Assembly (NCBI GenBank): GCA_039814575.1
Contig: JBCCAY010000006.1
Location: 109,820-173,819, forward strand
DNA from: Pseudomonadota bacterium
GTDB taxonomy: Bacteria > Pseudomonadota > Alphaproteobacteria > Caulobacterales > Parvularculaceae
DNA length: 64,000 nucleotides
Reading direction: 5' to 3'
Shown here: piece by piece, positions 9,903 to 19,734 of the stretch
Numbering within the stretch: the first letter of the stretch is position 1
Layout: every line of letters begins with the position of its first letter
Translations under genes and position numbers: made by a program
Notes under the pieces: generated by a model
Database searches by the model: none
The model's input: only the letters and a program-made list of their open reading frames with translations
What the model was told of the DNA's origin: nothing

Positions 9903-10724
9903 TTATAGATAACTGGGCGCCGCCAGATCGATCGCGCGACCATCGATTTTCGGCGCCGCCTCCGCCGCGGCGACCCGGTCCACGCGCACCCGCGCCAAGG
10001 CGCGCCATTGATCGCCATCCGCCGGATCAGCGCCGACCGACGTTATCTCGCCAAGCGTCGCTGCGCCGGCTTTGAGCGCTGCGCCATTTTCAGGCGGCGC
10101 GCCGGCACCGGAAACGCAATAGGTTCGCTTACGGACTTCGCCTTTGCGCTTCATACGGCTCGTCACTTCTTGGCCGACAAAGCAGCCTTTTTTGTAGTCG
10201 ACGCCGCTAAGCGCGTCATAGTTCACGTCGAGAAGGAAAACGCTGTCGCTCTCGAAATCCTTGCCGAATTCCGGCGCCCCCGCCGCTAAACGATGGGCGT
10301 CATAAGCCGCGTCGGCGGCCCCTCCTGAAAACGTCCTAGGCGCAGCGATGCAGCGCGCGCCAAAACCGGCTCCCCGCGGATCGACGAATCCGCCATCCGC
10401 TGCGCTGTCGCTCGGCGACCAGCCGACCGCCAAATCGTCCCGCTTGTCGATGGTGATCTTCGCGCGCAATTTGTAGAGCTTTAAACGTTTAGCGAACGCG
10501 TCAACGGCGTCTTTCGCAACGTCGATCAAAAAGCCAGCCTCGCTTGGGACAAGAAAGAAATCGAACAGGATTTTCCCTTGCGGCGTCAACAAAGCGGCGA
10601 ACGCCGCCCCGTCGTGCGATGCGCTCGTCACATCTTGGGTTAAGAGGCCTTGCAAGAAGTCGGAGACGTCCTCGCCCTCAACGGCAAGGACGGCGCGGTC
10701 AGAGAGAAGAGAAAATTCGGTCAT
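9903..10724 (-). CDS. ygfZ: Folate-binding YgfZ/CAF17 family protein (Fe-S cluster repair / tRNA modification)
   Basis: LAVEGEDVSDFLQGLLTQDV..., GCFVGQEVTSRMKRKGEVRKR (the conserved K[G]C[Y/F]xGQE motif). The start is uncertain; candidates are ATG at 10724, GTG at 10745 and TTG at 10760. Confidence 0.8.
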   Translation of the reverse strand: MTEFSLLSDRAVLAVEGEDVSDFLQGLLTQDVTSASHDGAAFAALLTPQGKILFDFFLVPSEAGFLIDVAKDAVDAFAKRLKLYKLRAKITIDKRDDLAVGWSPSDSAADGGFVDPRGAGFGARCIAAPRTFSGGAADAAYDAHRLAAGAPEFGKDFESDSVFLLDVNYDALSGVDYKKGCFVGQEVTSRMKRKGEVRKRTYCVSGAGAPPENGAALKAGAATLGEITSVGADPADGDQWRALARVRVDRVAAAEAAPKIDGRAIDLAAPSYL

Positions 10725-10845
10725 GCGCACCGATGTAAGATGCACGCCGGCGCGCCGCAATCACCGCGAACACCAAATGTCGAAGCCGGCAAAAACGCCT
10801 GACAACTGACTCGCGCCGGCGGCCGCGCTTCGCTAACAAAGAGGC

Positions 10846-12207
10846 ATGATCCAAACCTATGACCTGATTTTGAAAAACGGCGTCGTCGTCAATCATGACG
10901 GCGAAGGCCAAAGAGACGTCGCCGTTAAAGACGGCAAAATCGCCCGCGTTGGTGATCTCGGCGCGGCGGACGCCAGCGAAACGATCGACTGCACGGGCCT
11001 CCATGTGCTTCCGGGCGTGATCGACAGCCAAGTGCATTTCCGCGAGCCGGGGCCCGTCCATAAAGAAGATCTAGAAACCGGCAGCCGCGCGGCGGTCCTC
11101 GGCGGCGTCACCGCCGTATTCGAAATGCCGAACACCAACCCGCTCACGGTCACGGCTGAAGCGATTGAAGACAAGCTCGCCCGCGCCGCCGGCAAGGTCG
11201 ACCATGGCGGCATGCATTGCGACCATGCGTTTTTTGTCGGCGCCACCCATGGCAATCCGAAAGACCTGGCGGAACTCGAAATGCTGCCCGGCGTCTCCGG
11301 CGTGAAGATCTTTATGGGCGCCTCCACCGGCGACTTGCTGGTGGAAGACGATGAAGGCGTGCGTGCCGTGCTCGCCCATGGCAGAAGGCGGGTCGCCATC
11401 CATTCTGAAGACGAATACTTGCTGCGCGAGGGCAAAGAGAAGCGCCGCGTCGGCGATTGGACGTCCCACCCGGAAGCGCGCAGCGTCGAAGCGGCGGTGC
11501 GTTGCACCGAACGGCTCTTGCGCCTTGCGCGCGAAACGGGCCGGCGCATCCACGTCCTGCATATTTCGACGGCGGATGAAATTCCCATGCTCGCCGCGAA
11601 CAAAGACATCGCCACCTGCGAGATCTTGCCGAACCATCTGACCTTAGAAGCACCGGACTGCTATCAGCGTCTCAAAGGCCTCGCCCAACAAAACCCGCCC
11701 ATACGCGAGGCGCGCCACCGCGCCGGGCTTTGGGACGCCGTGCGCAATGGCGTTTTCGACGTTATGGGCACGGACCATGCGCCCCACACATTGGAAGAGA
11801 AAGCCAAGGAGTATCCGATTTCACCGTCGGGCATGCCGGGCGTGCAAACGGTCGTGCCGCTGATGCTGACCCATATCGCGGAAGGGCGCCTCACTTTACA
11901 ACGGTTCGTGGACTTGATGTGCCACGGCCCCCAAAGAGTGTTCAGCATCGCCGGCAAGGGCCGGCTCGCAAAAGGCTATGACGCCGATTTCACCATTGTC
12001 GATTTGAACCGCACGGAGATCATCCGCAACGCCGCTCAAGCGACGAAATCCGGCTGGACGCCCTATGACGGCATGCAAGCCAAAGGTTGGCCGATCGGAA
12101 CTATTATCCGCGGACGACGGATCATGTGGGACGGGGAGATACTCGGGCCCGCCGCCGGGAAACCTGTGCGCTTTCAAGAAACGGTTCCCCCGACGAACGC
12201 GGGCTAA
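10846..12207 (+). CDS. pyrC: Dihydroorotase (amidohydrolase superfamily, long form)
   Basis: DLILKNGVVVNHDG..., PGVIDSQVHFREPG (the metal-binding HxH equivalent), and GTDHAPH. It is divergent from ygfZ. Confidence 0.88.
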   Translation: MIQTYDLILKNGVVVNHDGEGQRDVAVKDGKIARVGDLGAADASETIDCTGLHVLPGVIDSQVHFREPGPVHKEDLETGSRAAVLGGVTAVFEMPNTNPLTVTAEAIEDKLARAAGKVDHGGMHCDHAFFVGATHGNPKDLAELEMLPGVSGVKIFMGASTGDLLVEDDEGVRAVLAHGRRRVAIHSEDEYLLREGKEKRRVGDWTSHPEARSVEAAVRCTERLLRLARETGRRIHVLHISTADEIPMLAANKDIATCEILPNHLTLEAPDCYQRLKGLAQQNPPIREARHRAGLWDAVRNGVFDVMGTDHAPHTLEEKAKEYPISPSGMPGVQTVVPLMLTHIAEGRLTLQRFVDLMCHGPQRVFSIAGKGRLAKGYDADFTIVDLNRTEIIRNAAQATKSGWTPYDGMQAKGWPIGTIIRGRRIMWDGEILGPAAGKPVRFQETVPPTNAG

Positions 12208-12210
12208 AGC

Positions 12211-12981
12211 CTAGCCAGTGAAAATAAGCAGCGCGCCAAGCCCCATGCACGCCGAGTAGACGATCGGCGCAAAACGTTCAGCCGGCACGACAGCGCTTAA
12301 GCCACGCCCCAACACAGTGGCGACCAACAAGGCTGGCGCGCCAAACAACAAAAGGCGCGCCACCTCCGGCGAGTAATTGCCCGCTGCGCCATGGCCAAGC
12401 ACGACAAACATGGCGGTCGGCAGAAAGAACGCTTGCAGCGTGACGCGGAATTCATCCGGATCCCAGCGCTGCGTTGCGCTGAAGACAATCAGTAAGGGCG
12501 CGCTGATATTATACGCCCCGCCGGTAAGGCCGGCGCCGAAACCGAAAACATACTTCCAAAACGGCCCTCTTAGGCGCCCGACAGCCGGTTGAAACAACAA
12601 GTACGCGCTGACGGCGATAACGCCGATCCCTAACGCCGGCGCGATTACGCTGCGCGGCGCGGCGCTCAAGACAAAGAGCCCCAAGGGCGTGCCCGCCGAT
12701 GCGCCGATTAACAAGCCCGACGCCGCCCGGAAATTCAACGCGCGCCAACGCTGGGCGAGCATCACCGCACTCAAAAGCGCCGCCAACATTGCGACGAGCG
12801 CAGCAGCGCTTGGGGTCGGCATCGCTAGCGTCAACATCGGCATCGCCAATAGCGCAAAGCCAAACCCAAGCGTCGCCTGGGTTAACGCTGCCGTGAAAAC
12901 GACGCCGATCACGATGATTGTCAGCGGATCGATACGATCGCTCCCATAATTATCTGAAGCGACAATGATGCAAGCAATCAT
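12211..12981 (-). CDS. TSUP (TauE/SafE) family anion exporter membrane protein
   Basis: A polytopic Gly/Ala/Leu-rich protein with the two-repeat 4-TM organisation typical of TauE/SafE. I trimmed the start to ATG (MIACII); the longest ORF begins with GTG at 13020. Confidence 0.7.
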   Translation of the reverse strand: MIACIIVASDNYGSDRIDPLTIIVIGVVFTAALTQATLGFGFALLAMPMLTLAMPTPSAAALVAMLAALLSAVMLAQRWRALNFRAASGLLIGASAGTPLGLFVLSAAPRSVIAPALGIGVIAVSAYLLFQPAVGRLRGPFWKYVFGFGAGLTGGAYNISAPLLIVFSATQRWDPDEFRVTLQAFFLPTAMFVVLGHGAAGNYSPEVARLLLFGAPALLVATVLGRGLSAVVPAERFAPIVYSACMGLGALLIFTG

Positions 12982-13020
12982 GATCGCCGAGAATGATCTC
13001 TGAGAAGGGAATTGTGACAC

Positions 13021-13428
13021 CTACAAGACAAAACGTCGGCAGATGCGTCAGCGTTCATGAATGACGAATTCAAAACCCAAAAACGAGCCGTCATACGTCG
13101 CAACCCCGCCGATGAAGGCAGGTTTCTTGCCCACGGTTCCTCCGATTAAAATTTTAAGTGCTTTTAACGGGAAACCGCACACATCGTCACGTTTCACGCG
13201 TGACAAATTGACCTTGAGCGACTATTTTCGGCAATGATCGACGACGCCCGTTTTGCCGTGCCTGACGACACCTTTTTAGTTTCTGCGGATTACTTGTTGC
13301 ATACTTTTCGTTTGCATACCGGTTTTCGCCGAAGCAGGAAGCGCCAAGCCAATTCCAAGACATGTTGTTCGATACTGTTGTCGCAATTCTGCGTGACAGA
13401 ACGCCATGTTTAATAGGAGACGCTAATT
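13021..13428 (+). promoter_or_regulatory. Long cspA upstream region / probable structured 5' leader
   Basis: 408 bp without an ORF upstream of cspA. It contains the direct repeat ttgcatac-N7-ttgcatac and AGGAGA 7 nt before the ATG. Long leaders are typical of cold-shock genes. The boundaries are simply the intergenic limits. Confidence 0.3.
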
Positions 13429-13632
13429 ATGGCGACCGGAACAGTGAAATGGTTCAACAGCGAAAAAGGATTTGGCTTTATCCAGCCGGATGAAGGCGGG
13501 AAAGACGTGTTCGTACACATCTCCGCTGTCCAACGCGCCGGCCTTCAAGGTCTGCAAGACGGCCAGAAAGTCGAATACGAAATCGCAAACGAACGCGGCC
13601 GCGACGCAGCAGCGGAATTAAAAGCGCTGTAA
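13429..13632 (+). CDS. cspA: Cold-shock protein (CspA family)
   Basis: [31 protein letters not shown] carries the RNP1/RNP2 motifs; 67 aa. Confidence 0.95.
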   Translation: MATGTVKWFNSEKGFGFIQPDEGGKDVFVHISAVQRAGLQGLQDGQKVEYEIANERGRDAAAELKAL

Positions 13633-13650
13633 GGCGGTAAACGCTTTCTA

Positions 13651-13690
13651 ACGGACGCCGTTTATTATAATCGCGGCGTCCGTATTTTTT
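13651..13690 (+). terminator. Rho-independent terminator of cspA
   Basis: A perfect 10-bp stem, acggacgccg / cggcgtccgt, followed by atttttt. Confidence 0.7.
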
Positions 13691-13768
13691 ACTCAGTGAA
13701 ATCCGCCGGCGGCTAAAAGAGCCGATATTACGATACAGCCGAACTTACATTTAACGGCGACACTCTCA

Positions 13769-14968
13769 TCAGTCCGATAAAAGCGCAGCGATAACGGCGT
13801 TCAACACTTGCCGCCCCGGCTCGGTCGCGCGGAATCGCCCGTTTTCATAAGTGCAAAGATTATCCTCGATGAGCGGCGTCGCGGCGTCCGAAATACGCAT
13901 CCAATCTTTAACATCCAAAACCAATCCTTCACGTGCCCGCAATCCCATCGCCAAGCGTTCGATAAACGCCTCTTCCTCCGATAGCGGATTTTCTAACAAG
14001 ACGCCGTCTCCGTCCGATCGGCATTTTGCGAGATAGTCGGCCGGTGCGCGCACCGTTTCAAACGCCACACGGGCCCCGCCTTGTGTCAATCGACCATGGG
14101 CGCCCGGCCCAACGCCCACATAATCTTCACCGCGCCAATAGGCGCGATTATGACGGGACTCCTCGTCGGGGCGTGCATGATTGGAAATTTCATAGGCGGG
14201 AAGCCCTGCAACGGCCGTCTCTTCTTGCGTTATCTCAAAGAGCGATGCGCCAAGATCGCTCGACGGCGGCGAAAAGGCGTTGCGCTCGACGGCCCGCTCG
14301 AACGCCGTTCCGGGTTCAATCGTTAATTGGTAGACGGAAAGGTGGCCCGCCCCAAACGCTAAAGCCTCGCACAAACGCGCACGCCAGGCCGACGCGCTCT
14401 CATCGGGGAGCGCATAAATGAGATCAAACGAGACCCGTTTAAAAGCCTGCAACGCCGAATCCAACGCCCGATGCGCCGCGTCGCCGTCATGGTTGCGACC
14501 AAGAAACGCCAATTGCGCGTCGTCAAACGACTGAACGCCCAATGACAACCGATTAATCCCCAGCGCAGCAAGGGTTTGAAAGTGCGCGCGCTCCGCATCG
14601 GTCGGGTTCGCCTCAAGCGTAATTTCCGGTGCGGAGATAACGTCGGAAGACATCGACGTCGCCGCGCCCGCTTGATCAGAAGGCCAGAGCGAAAGACACG
14701 TTTCAATAACAGCTTCGATTATAGACGGCGGACAAAGGGAGGGCGTGCCGCCGCCGAAATAAAGGCTTTGCAAACGCCGCGGCCCGGTACGCGCCGCCCA
14801 AGCCTGCAAGTCCGCAATCAACGCCGCGCGCCAAGCCGCCGCGTCCACTTCGCGGTTCTTATAAACGTTAAAGTCGCAATACGGACAAATCCGTTCGCAA
14901 TAGGGCCAATGCACATAGACCGCTATCGGCGGCGGCGGCGCCGATGAGCCGTTAGGCCCTGCCGTCAT
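13769..14968 (-). CDS. hemW: Radical SAM family heme chaperone HemW (coproporphyrinogen III oxidase-like)
   Basis: [18 protein letters not shown] (CxxxCxxC radical-SAM cluster). It follows rdgB directly with an ATGA overlap. Confidence 0.9.
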   Translation of the reverse strand: MTAGPNGSSAPPPPIAVYVHWPYCERICPYCDFNVYKNREVDAAAWRAALIADLQAWAARTGPRRLQSLYFGGGTPSLCPPSIIEAVIETCLSLWPSDQAGAATSMSSDVISAPEITLEANPTDAERAHFQTLAALGINRLSLGVQSFDDAQLAFLGRNHDGDAAHRALDSALQAFKRVSFDLIYALPDESASAWRARLCEALAFGAGHLSVYQLTIEPGTAFERAVERNAFSPPSSDLGASLFEITQEETAVAGLPAYEISNHARPDEESRHNRAYWRGEDYVGVGPGAHGRLTQGGARVAFETVRAPADYLAKCRSDGDGVLLENPLSEEEAFIERLAMGLRAREGLVLDVKDWMRISDAATPLIEDNLCTYENGRFRATEPGRQVLNAVIAALLSD

Positions 14969-15579
14969 GCCAGCACAGCGTCAATCAATTGTCGAAAAGC
15001 GTCCGCCCGATGGGACATGGCGTGCTTTGCCGCCGGCGGCATCTCGCCGAAGGTTTCAGCATGGCCCTGGGGCTGAAAAATCGGATCGTAGCCAAAGCCG
15101 TTCTCGCCGCGCGCTGGGAACACGATGTCCCCATCAACGGTCCCGAGAAAAGTCTCCGTGTGACCGTCCGGCCAGGCAAGACACAGACAGCAAACGAACC
15201 GCGCCGAGCGATCGCCAGCGCCAACCGCCGCCAATTCACTCTCAACACGCGCCATGGCGCGGCCGAAATCCCGCGGGCCGCCGGGCGTTTCTTCCGCCCA
15301 ATCTGCGGCGTAAACGCCCGGCTGACCGCCAAGAGCAGCGATCTCAAGCCCCGAATCATCAGCAAGGGCAGGCATTGCAGCGCCCTTGGCGGCCGCATGG
15401 GCTTTAATGGCGGCGTTGCCGGCGAACGTCGTTTCGGTCTCCGCGGGCGAGGGTAAACCAAGGTCGCCTGCGGACACCGCCGCAAGGCCGAACGGCGCCA
15501 CGAGATCATTGATTTCTCTCACTTTTCCAGCGTTATGGCTGGCGATCACGAGTTTTCCTGGCGCGAGGCGTCGGCGCAT
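14965..15579 (-). CDS. rdgB: dITP/XTP pyrophosphatase (non-canonical purine NTP pyrophosphatase)
   Basis: [14 protein letters not shown]..., [18 protein letters not shown], and SHRADAF at the C-terminus are classic RdgB/HAM1 motifs. Confidence 0.9.
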   Translation of the reverse strand: MRRRLAPGKLVIASHNAGKVREINDLVAPFGLAAVSAGDLGLPSPAETETTFAGNAAIKAHAAAKGAAMPALADDSGLEIAALGGQPGVYAADWAEETPGGPRDFGRAMARVESELAAVGAGDRSARFVCCLCLAWPDGHTETFLGTVDGDIVFPARGENGFGYDPIFQPQGHAETFGEMPPAAKHAMSHRADAFRQLIDAVLA

Positions 15580-15775
15580 TAATTCGGCCTCCGGATTTGC
15601 CGCCGGACCCCTTCTAGAAAAGGGTCAGCGCTGTGGTGAAAGCGGTTCGTCAAAGGCGCCCTGCACTCTCGGCTTGCATTATCGCCCTCATAACCAATAT
15701 ATGATTATAGAGTGAGCGATAGCGCAAACCTCTGCTTGATATCGCCCCTATGTTGCGCTGCGCTGGGAGAGTGCT

Positions 15776-15961
15776 GTGGAAAAGCGGGAAAATAAATTTG
15801 CGAAGATAGCGTTCGGCGCGGCCATTCCGGCTGCGGCCCTCCTGCTGTTCGGCGCATTTTTCGTAAACGCCGCATCCATTGCGCCAGCGACCAACCTCGT
15901 TTCAGCACTCTTATCGGCGGCATCCTGCGTCGACAGCTTTTGCGGCTTGTCGATTTTCTAG
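15776..15961 (+). CDS. Possible small membrane protein (61 aa), hypothetical
   Basis: GTG start with GGGAGAG upstream and one hydrophobic helix (IAFGAAIPAAALLLFGAFFV). It is the only ORF in a ~500-bp gap. I recognise no homology, so this is a weak call. Confidence 0.2.
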   Translation: MEKRENKFAKIAFGAAIPAAALLLFGAFFVNAASIAPATNLVSALLSAASCVDSFCGLSIF

Positions 15962-16035
15962 CACACCCTCGATTTCGATTTAATGTGATATCTCACGGCG
16001 CTGTATAAGGCTCCGTGCGGCGTTTACCTCAGATG

Positions 16036-16067
16036 AAAAAGGCGCGGGGCTAAGCCACGCGCCTTTT
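16036..16067 (-). terminator. Bidirectional rho-independent terminator downstream of metK
   Basis: A perfect 10-bp stem, aaaaggcgcg / cgcgcctttt, with an 11-nt loop. The A-run on one side and T-run on the other would allow termination in both directions. Confidence 0.65.
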
Positions 16068-16084
16068 GAGGCAATAGCGCGATC

Positions 16085-17311
16085 TTACTTCGCGAGCGTG
16101 CTAAGCGCATCGACGAGGTCCGTCTTTTCCCAAGAGAAGCCGCCGTCCGCATCCGGCTCACGACCGAAATGCCCATAGGCCGCCGTGCGCGCATAAATCG
16201 GTTTGTTGAGATCGAGCTGGCGGCGAATGCCCGACGGCGACAGATCGACGACATCGCGCAAGGAGTGCTCGAGCGCCGCCTCGCTGACGCCCTTCTCCGT
16301 GCCGTGCAGATCGACATAAATCGACAAGGGCTGCGCAACGCCGATCGCGTAGGACAGTTGGATCGTGCAGCGATCCGCCAGGTCCGCGGCGACGACATTC
16401 TTCGCTAAGTACCGCGCCGCGTAGGCGGCCGAGCGATCGACTTTGGTGGTATCTTTGCCAGAGAACGCGCCGCCGCCATGGGGCGCCGCGCCGCCATAGG
16501 TGTCGACGATGATTTTACGGCCTGTTAGGCCCGCATCGCCGTCCGGTCCGCCAATAACGAATTTGCCCGTCGGATTAACATGCCATGCGCACGCGTCAGC
16601 GATCGGAAGATCGCCGACAGAGCGACGGATATAAGGCTCAACGACAGCGCGCACTTTCTCCGACGTCCAATCAGGATCAAGATGCTGCGTCGACAGAACG
16701 ATCGAGGTGATCTCAACCGGTTTTCCATCAGCATACCGAACGGTGACTTGCGACTTGGCGTCTGGACCAAGACGACCAGCGTCGCCGTTATTATCATGGC
16801 GCGCTTGCGCCAGATCCTGTAAAATTTTGTGGCTATAATAGATGGGCGCCGGCATCAGCGCGGGCGTTTCGCGACAAGCATAGCCGAACATAATGCCCTG
16901 ATCGCCTGCACCTTCTTCATTGTCCGCATCCGCTGCGTTATCAACGCCTTGGGCGATATCCGCCGATTGGGCGTGCAAAAGAACATCGACATCGACCGTA
17001 CGCCAACTGAACCCATCTTGCTCGTAGCCGATCGCTTTCACCGCTGCGCGGGCAGCCTCAATGAAGGGCGCAGCAACGACGCCCTCGCCGGCGCGAAGAG
17101 ACTCCGGCGTGCGCACCTCGCCGGCGATCACGAGTTTGTTCGTGGTGGCGAGCGTCTCACAAGCGACGCGGACCGTCCAAGGGTCCATGCCTTCTTGACC
17201 GGCCGTTCGATAAATCAAATCGACGATTTCATCTGAAACGCGATCGCAGACCTTGTCGGGGTGCCCTTCGGAAACGCTCTCGCTCGTGAACAGATAATCG
17301 CCGCGCGCCAT
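16085..17311 (-). CDS. metK: S-adenosylmethionine synthetase
   Basis: [36 protein letters not shown] and [10 protein letters not shown] are all canonical MetK motifs. I trimmed the start to MARGDY. Confidence 0.96.
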   Translation of the reverse strand: MARGDYLFTSESVSEGHPDKVCDRVSDEIVDLIYRTAGQEGMDPWTVRVACETLATTNKLVIAGEVRTPESLRAGEGVVAAPFIEAARAAVKAIGYEQDGFSWRTVDVDVLLHAQSADIAQGVDNAADADNEEGAGDQGIMFGYACRETPALMPAPIYYSHKILQDLAQARHDNNGDAGRLGPDAKSQVTVRYADGKPVEITSIVLSTQHLDPDWTSEKVRAVVEPYIRRSVGDLPIADACAWHVNPTGKFVIGGPDGDAGLTGRKIIVDTYGGAAPHGGGAFSGKDTTKVDRSAAYAARYLAKNVVAADLADRCTIQLSYAIGVAQPLSIYVDLHGTEKGVSEAALEHSLRDVVDLSPSGIRRQLDLNKPIYARTAAYGHFGREPDADGGFSWEKTDLVDALSTLAK

Positions 17312-17468
17312 GGCTTCGCCTTTCATATAAGGAAATGTTTATATCCCAGAAGCCACGGGTTCTATCGAAGCGGCGACTTGGTGTAAACTAGCATACACGC
17401 CGAACGATGCCGGCGCTTCGAGTAAGCGTTCCGCTTGGAAATCCCCGACGACTGCGTCAGCTGCCGCG

Positions 17469-17891
17469 TTAGGCCTCGCTGCCGCTTTCCGCCAGCGTCT
17501 TGACGAGCTCGATCACCCGCTTTCGCACTTTCGGATCGCGAATCTCAGCGAAATGGCGACACAGTTGAATGCCTTCCGGGGAGCTTAAAAACTCCATAAT
17601 CGGCGCACCGTCCATCTCCGGCGATTGTTCGGCAAACCCGTAAGCGACGCGGGACAGATCTTCGAAGTCTTCAAACAAATACTGGATGGGCACATCAAGT
17701 ATTTTGGAGATTTCGAACAGCCGACTGGCGCCGATTCGATTGACGCCTTTCTCGTATTTTTGGACTTGTTGAAATGTCAGGCCTAAGGCCTCGCCCAGTT
17801 TGTCTTGGCTCATCCCTAACATCGTACGACGCAACCGAACCCGGCCGCCGACATGCACGTCGATCGGATGGGGCTTTTTTTCTTGTTCCAT
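17469..17891 (-). CDS. XRE-family helix-turn-helix transcriptional regulator
   Basis: VGGRVRLRRTMLGMSQDKLGEALGLTFQQVQKYEKGVNRIGASRL is an HTH_3 domain. I trimmed the start to MEQEKK. Confidence 0.8.
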   Translation of the reverse strand: MEQEKKPHPIDVHVGGRVRLRRTMLGMSQDKLGEALGLTFQQVQKYEKGVNRIGASRLFEISKILDVPIQYLFEDFEDLSRVAYGFAEQSPEMDGAPIMEFLSSPEGIQLCRHFAEIRDPKVRKRVIELVKTLAESGSEA

Positions 17892-17991
17892 TATTAGTGA
17901 TTTCTCCACCCTACCGGCGCTGAAAAAGGGGAACGCCGGACCCAACAGCTCGCCCGGGGCTCGTTATAAGAAAATCAGTCAGTTATGCAAA

Positions 17992-19734
17992 TTAATCAGA
18001 AACCATGGACACGGGTGGACGAATATATAGGCCGGCGATTGCGAAAATCGCCAATATGGCGAAAAAACCCGCTTCTCCGATGCGCGTATAGAGTGTACGC
18101 GGCAAAGGAACCGGCAACGGAGCATCGATAACGCCAGTTTCGTACAAGGGCACGCGTTGAACATATCGCCCAGCGCCATCGATGATGACCGATATACCTG
18201 TGTTAGCGGCGCGCGCCATCGGCAAGCCGGTCTCAATGCTGCGCAGCCGCGCTTGATCTAAGTGCTGACGCGGCCCGGCCGTGTCGCCGAACCACGCGTC
18301 ATTTGTGACGACCGCAAGCCAATCGGGGCGGTCTGCTTGCGGATATGTTGCGCCTGGAAATATCGCTTCATAGCAAATCATCGGAGCGAACGGCGCCGGG
18401 CCAATCGCAAATGTTTGCGGCCCCGCGCCTTTTGCAAAGCCGTCTTCAAACGGCGCTAATTGCGCAAGGCCGATCGCTTTTAGGGTGCCGCTTAACGGCA
18501 AATATTCTCCGAACGGCACCAGATGGTGTTTGTCGTAAAACCCCACAAACGTCCGTGAAACACTGGCAGCGTCTTGGATTGCGTTGATCGCATCTGACAG
18601 CGGCGAAAGTGAGGAAGGACCGACCCCTAAAGCGCCGTCATCGGGCGCAGCGATCGCCAGCGCGTTATGATAAGCGATGCGCCCGTCTGGGTTTTGTCGC
18701 CGACGCACCGCGCCGGCGAGCAAGATGGCCTGAGGCGGCAAAGCGCGGTCAATGGCGGCCAAGGCGTCGGGGCTTTCATCGATAAGAGATGCGGCGTTTT
18801 CCGGCCAGATGACGTAAAGCGCCCCCTCCCCCGCGAAGGGGCCCGACGACAGATCGAGCGCCCGGCGGACATTGCGGCCCCATAAGGCCGGATCAATTTT
18901 CTCCCTCTGCGGAATATTTGGCTGAACAACACGCACCGCAGCGTCTGTTCGAGACTGCGCCGGATTGCTTAAGAGCCGCGCCGCGCCGGCGCCATAAAGC
19001 AGACCGACAGCCGCGAGCATAACAGATACGCCGGACTTCAAACACGCTCTGATCGAAATTGCGGCATCATCGCCATGGAACGACGTCGCTCGAACGAACG
19101 CGGCTGGCGTGGCAGCGATGGCGACAGCGAAGAGGCTTAATCCGTAGACGCCGAGCCAAGCGGCGCCCTGCGCGCCCACAGCAGCGCCCGCAAGCGCTTG
19201 CGCTGGCAAATTCCAAGGCAAGCCCGTCAATATCGTCCCGCGCAAATACTCAAAGACCATGAAGGCCGCGGCGAACACTAGAACGCGCCGCCACGCCTCA
19301 CTATCAAAAAGGCGCAGAAACATCGCGCCGGCAAGCGCGAAGGCAGCGCCATGAAACGCCGCCAAAAAACCAGACAAGCCGATAACAGCGAACGGCGCCA
19401 TCCACCCGAACGTCGCGGCTTGAACAAAGAAAGCGAATGCGAACCAATGAAGGCTGACGACGAAAAAGCCGAGACCAAACCACCAACCGACAGCGAACGC
19501 TGATCGGACAGTCATGGTCGTTGTTTTTGTTCGCTCACGCCCATTGCCGGCGATGCCGTCAAGAAGAAACAGCGCGCCAGAAAATGCGACCGCCATCAAA
19601 GGCAGCGCGTAAAAAGGCGCAAAAGCGAGCGCCAGAGCGACGCCGAGGAAAAAGGCGGCGATCCAACGCCGCCAGCCGCGCGCGTCGGCAAGATAACGAG
19701 GAATGGCGTTCACGCGCTCAAACACGTGGTTCAT
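17992..19734 (-). CDS. lnt: Apolipoprotein N-acyltransferase
   Basis: A multi-TM N-terminal region plus a CN-hydrolase domain (VIWPENA..., KHHLVPFGEYLP, ICYEAIFP). It is the last gene of the ybeY-corC-lnt operon, joined by an ATGA overlap. Confidence 0.9.
   Translation of the reverse strand: MNHVFERVNAIPRYLADARGWRRWIAAFFLGVALALAFAPFYALPLMAVAFSGALFLLDGIAGNGRERTKTTTMTVRSAFAVGWWFGLGFFVVSLHWFAFAFFVQAATFGWMAPFAVIGLSGFLAAFHGAAFALAGAMFLRLFDSEAWRRVLVFAAAFMVFEYLRGTILTGLPWNLPAQALAGAAVGAQGAAWLGVYGLSLFAVAIAATPAAFVRATSFHGDDAAISIRACLKSGVSVMLAAVGLLYGAGAARLLSNPAQSRTDAAVRVVQPNIPQREKIDPALWGRNVRRALDLSSGPFAGEGALYVIWPENAASLIDESPDALAAIDRALPPQAILLAGAVRRRQNPDGRIAYHNALAIAAPDDGALGVGPSSLSPLSDAINAIQDAASVSRTFVGFYDKHHLVPFGEYLPLSGTLKAIGLAQLAPFEDGFAKGAGPQTFAIGPAPFAPMICYEAIFPGATYPQADRPDWLAVVTNDAWFGDTAGPRQHLDQARLRSIETGLPMARAANTGISVIIDGAGRYVQRVPLYETGVIDAPLPVPLPRTLYTRIGEAGFFAILAIFAIAGLYIRPPVSMVSD

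Noticed and set aside
10893-11637. Two long ORFs (240 aa and 188 aa) antisense to pyrC.
   Set aside because: They lie inside a well-supported dihydroorotase gene, with no motifs and off-frame composition.
13140-13175. TTAA-rich stretch (ttaaaattttaagtgcttttaac) as a possible CtrA box upstream of cspA.
   Set aside because: The spacing between TTAA half-sites is 4 or 6 nt, not the 7 nt of the TTAA-N7-TTAA consensus.
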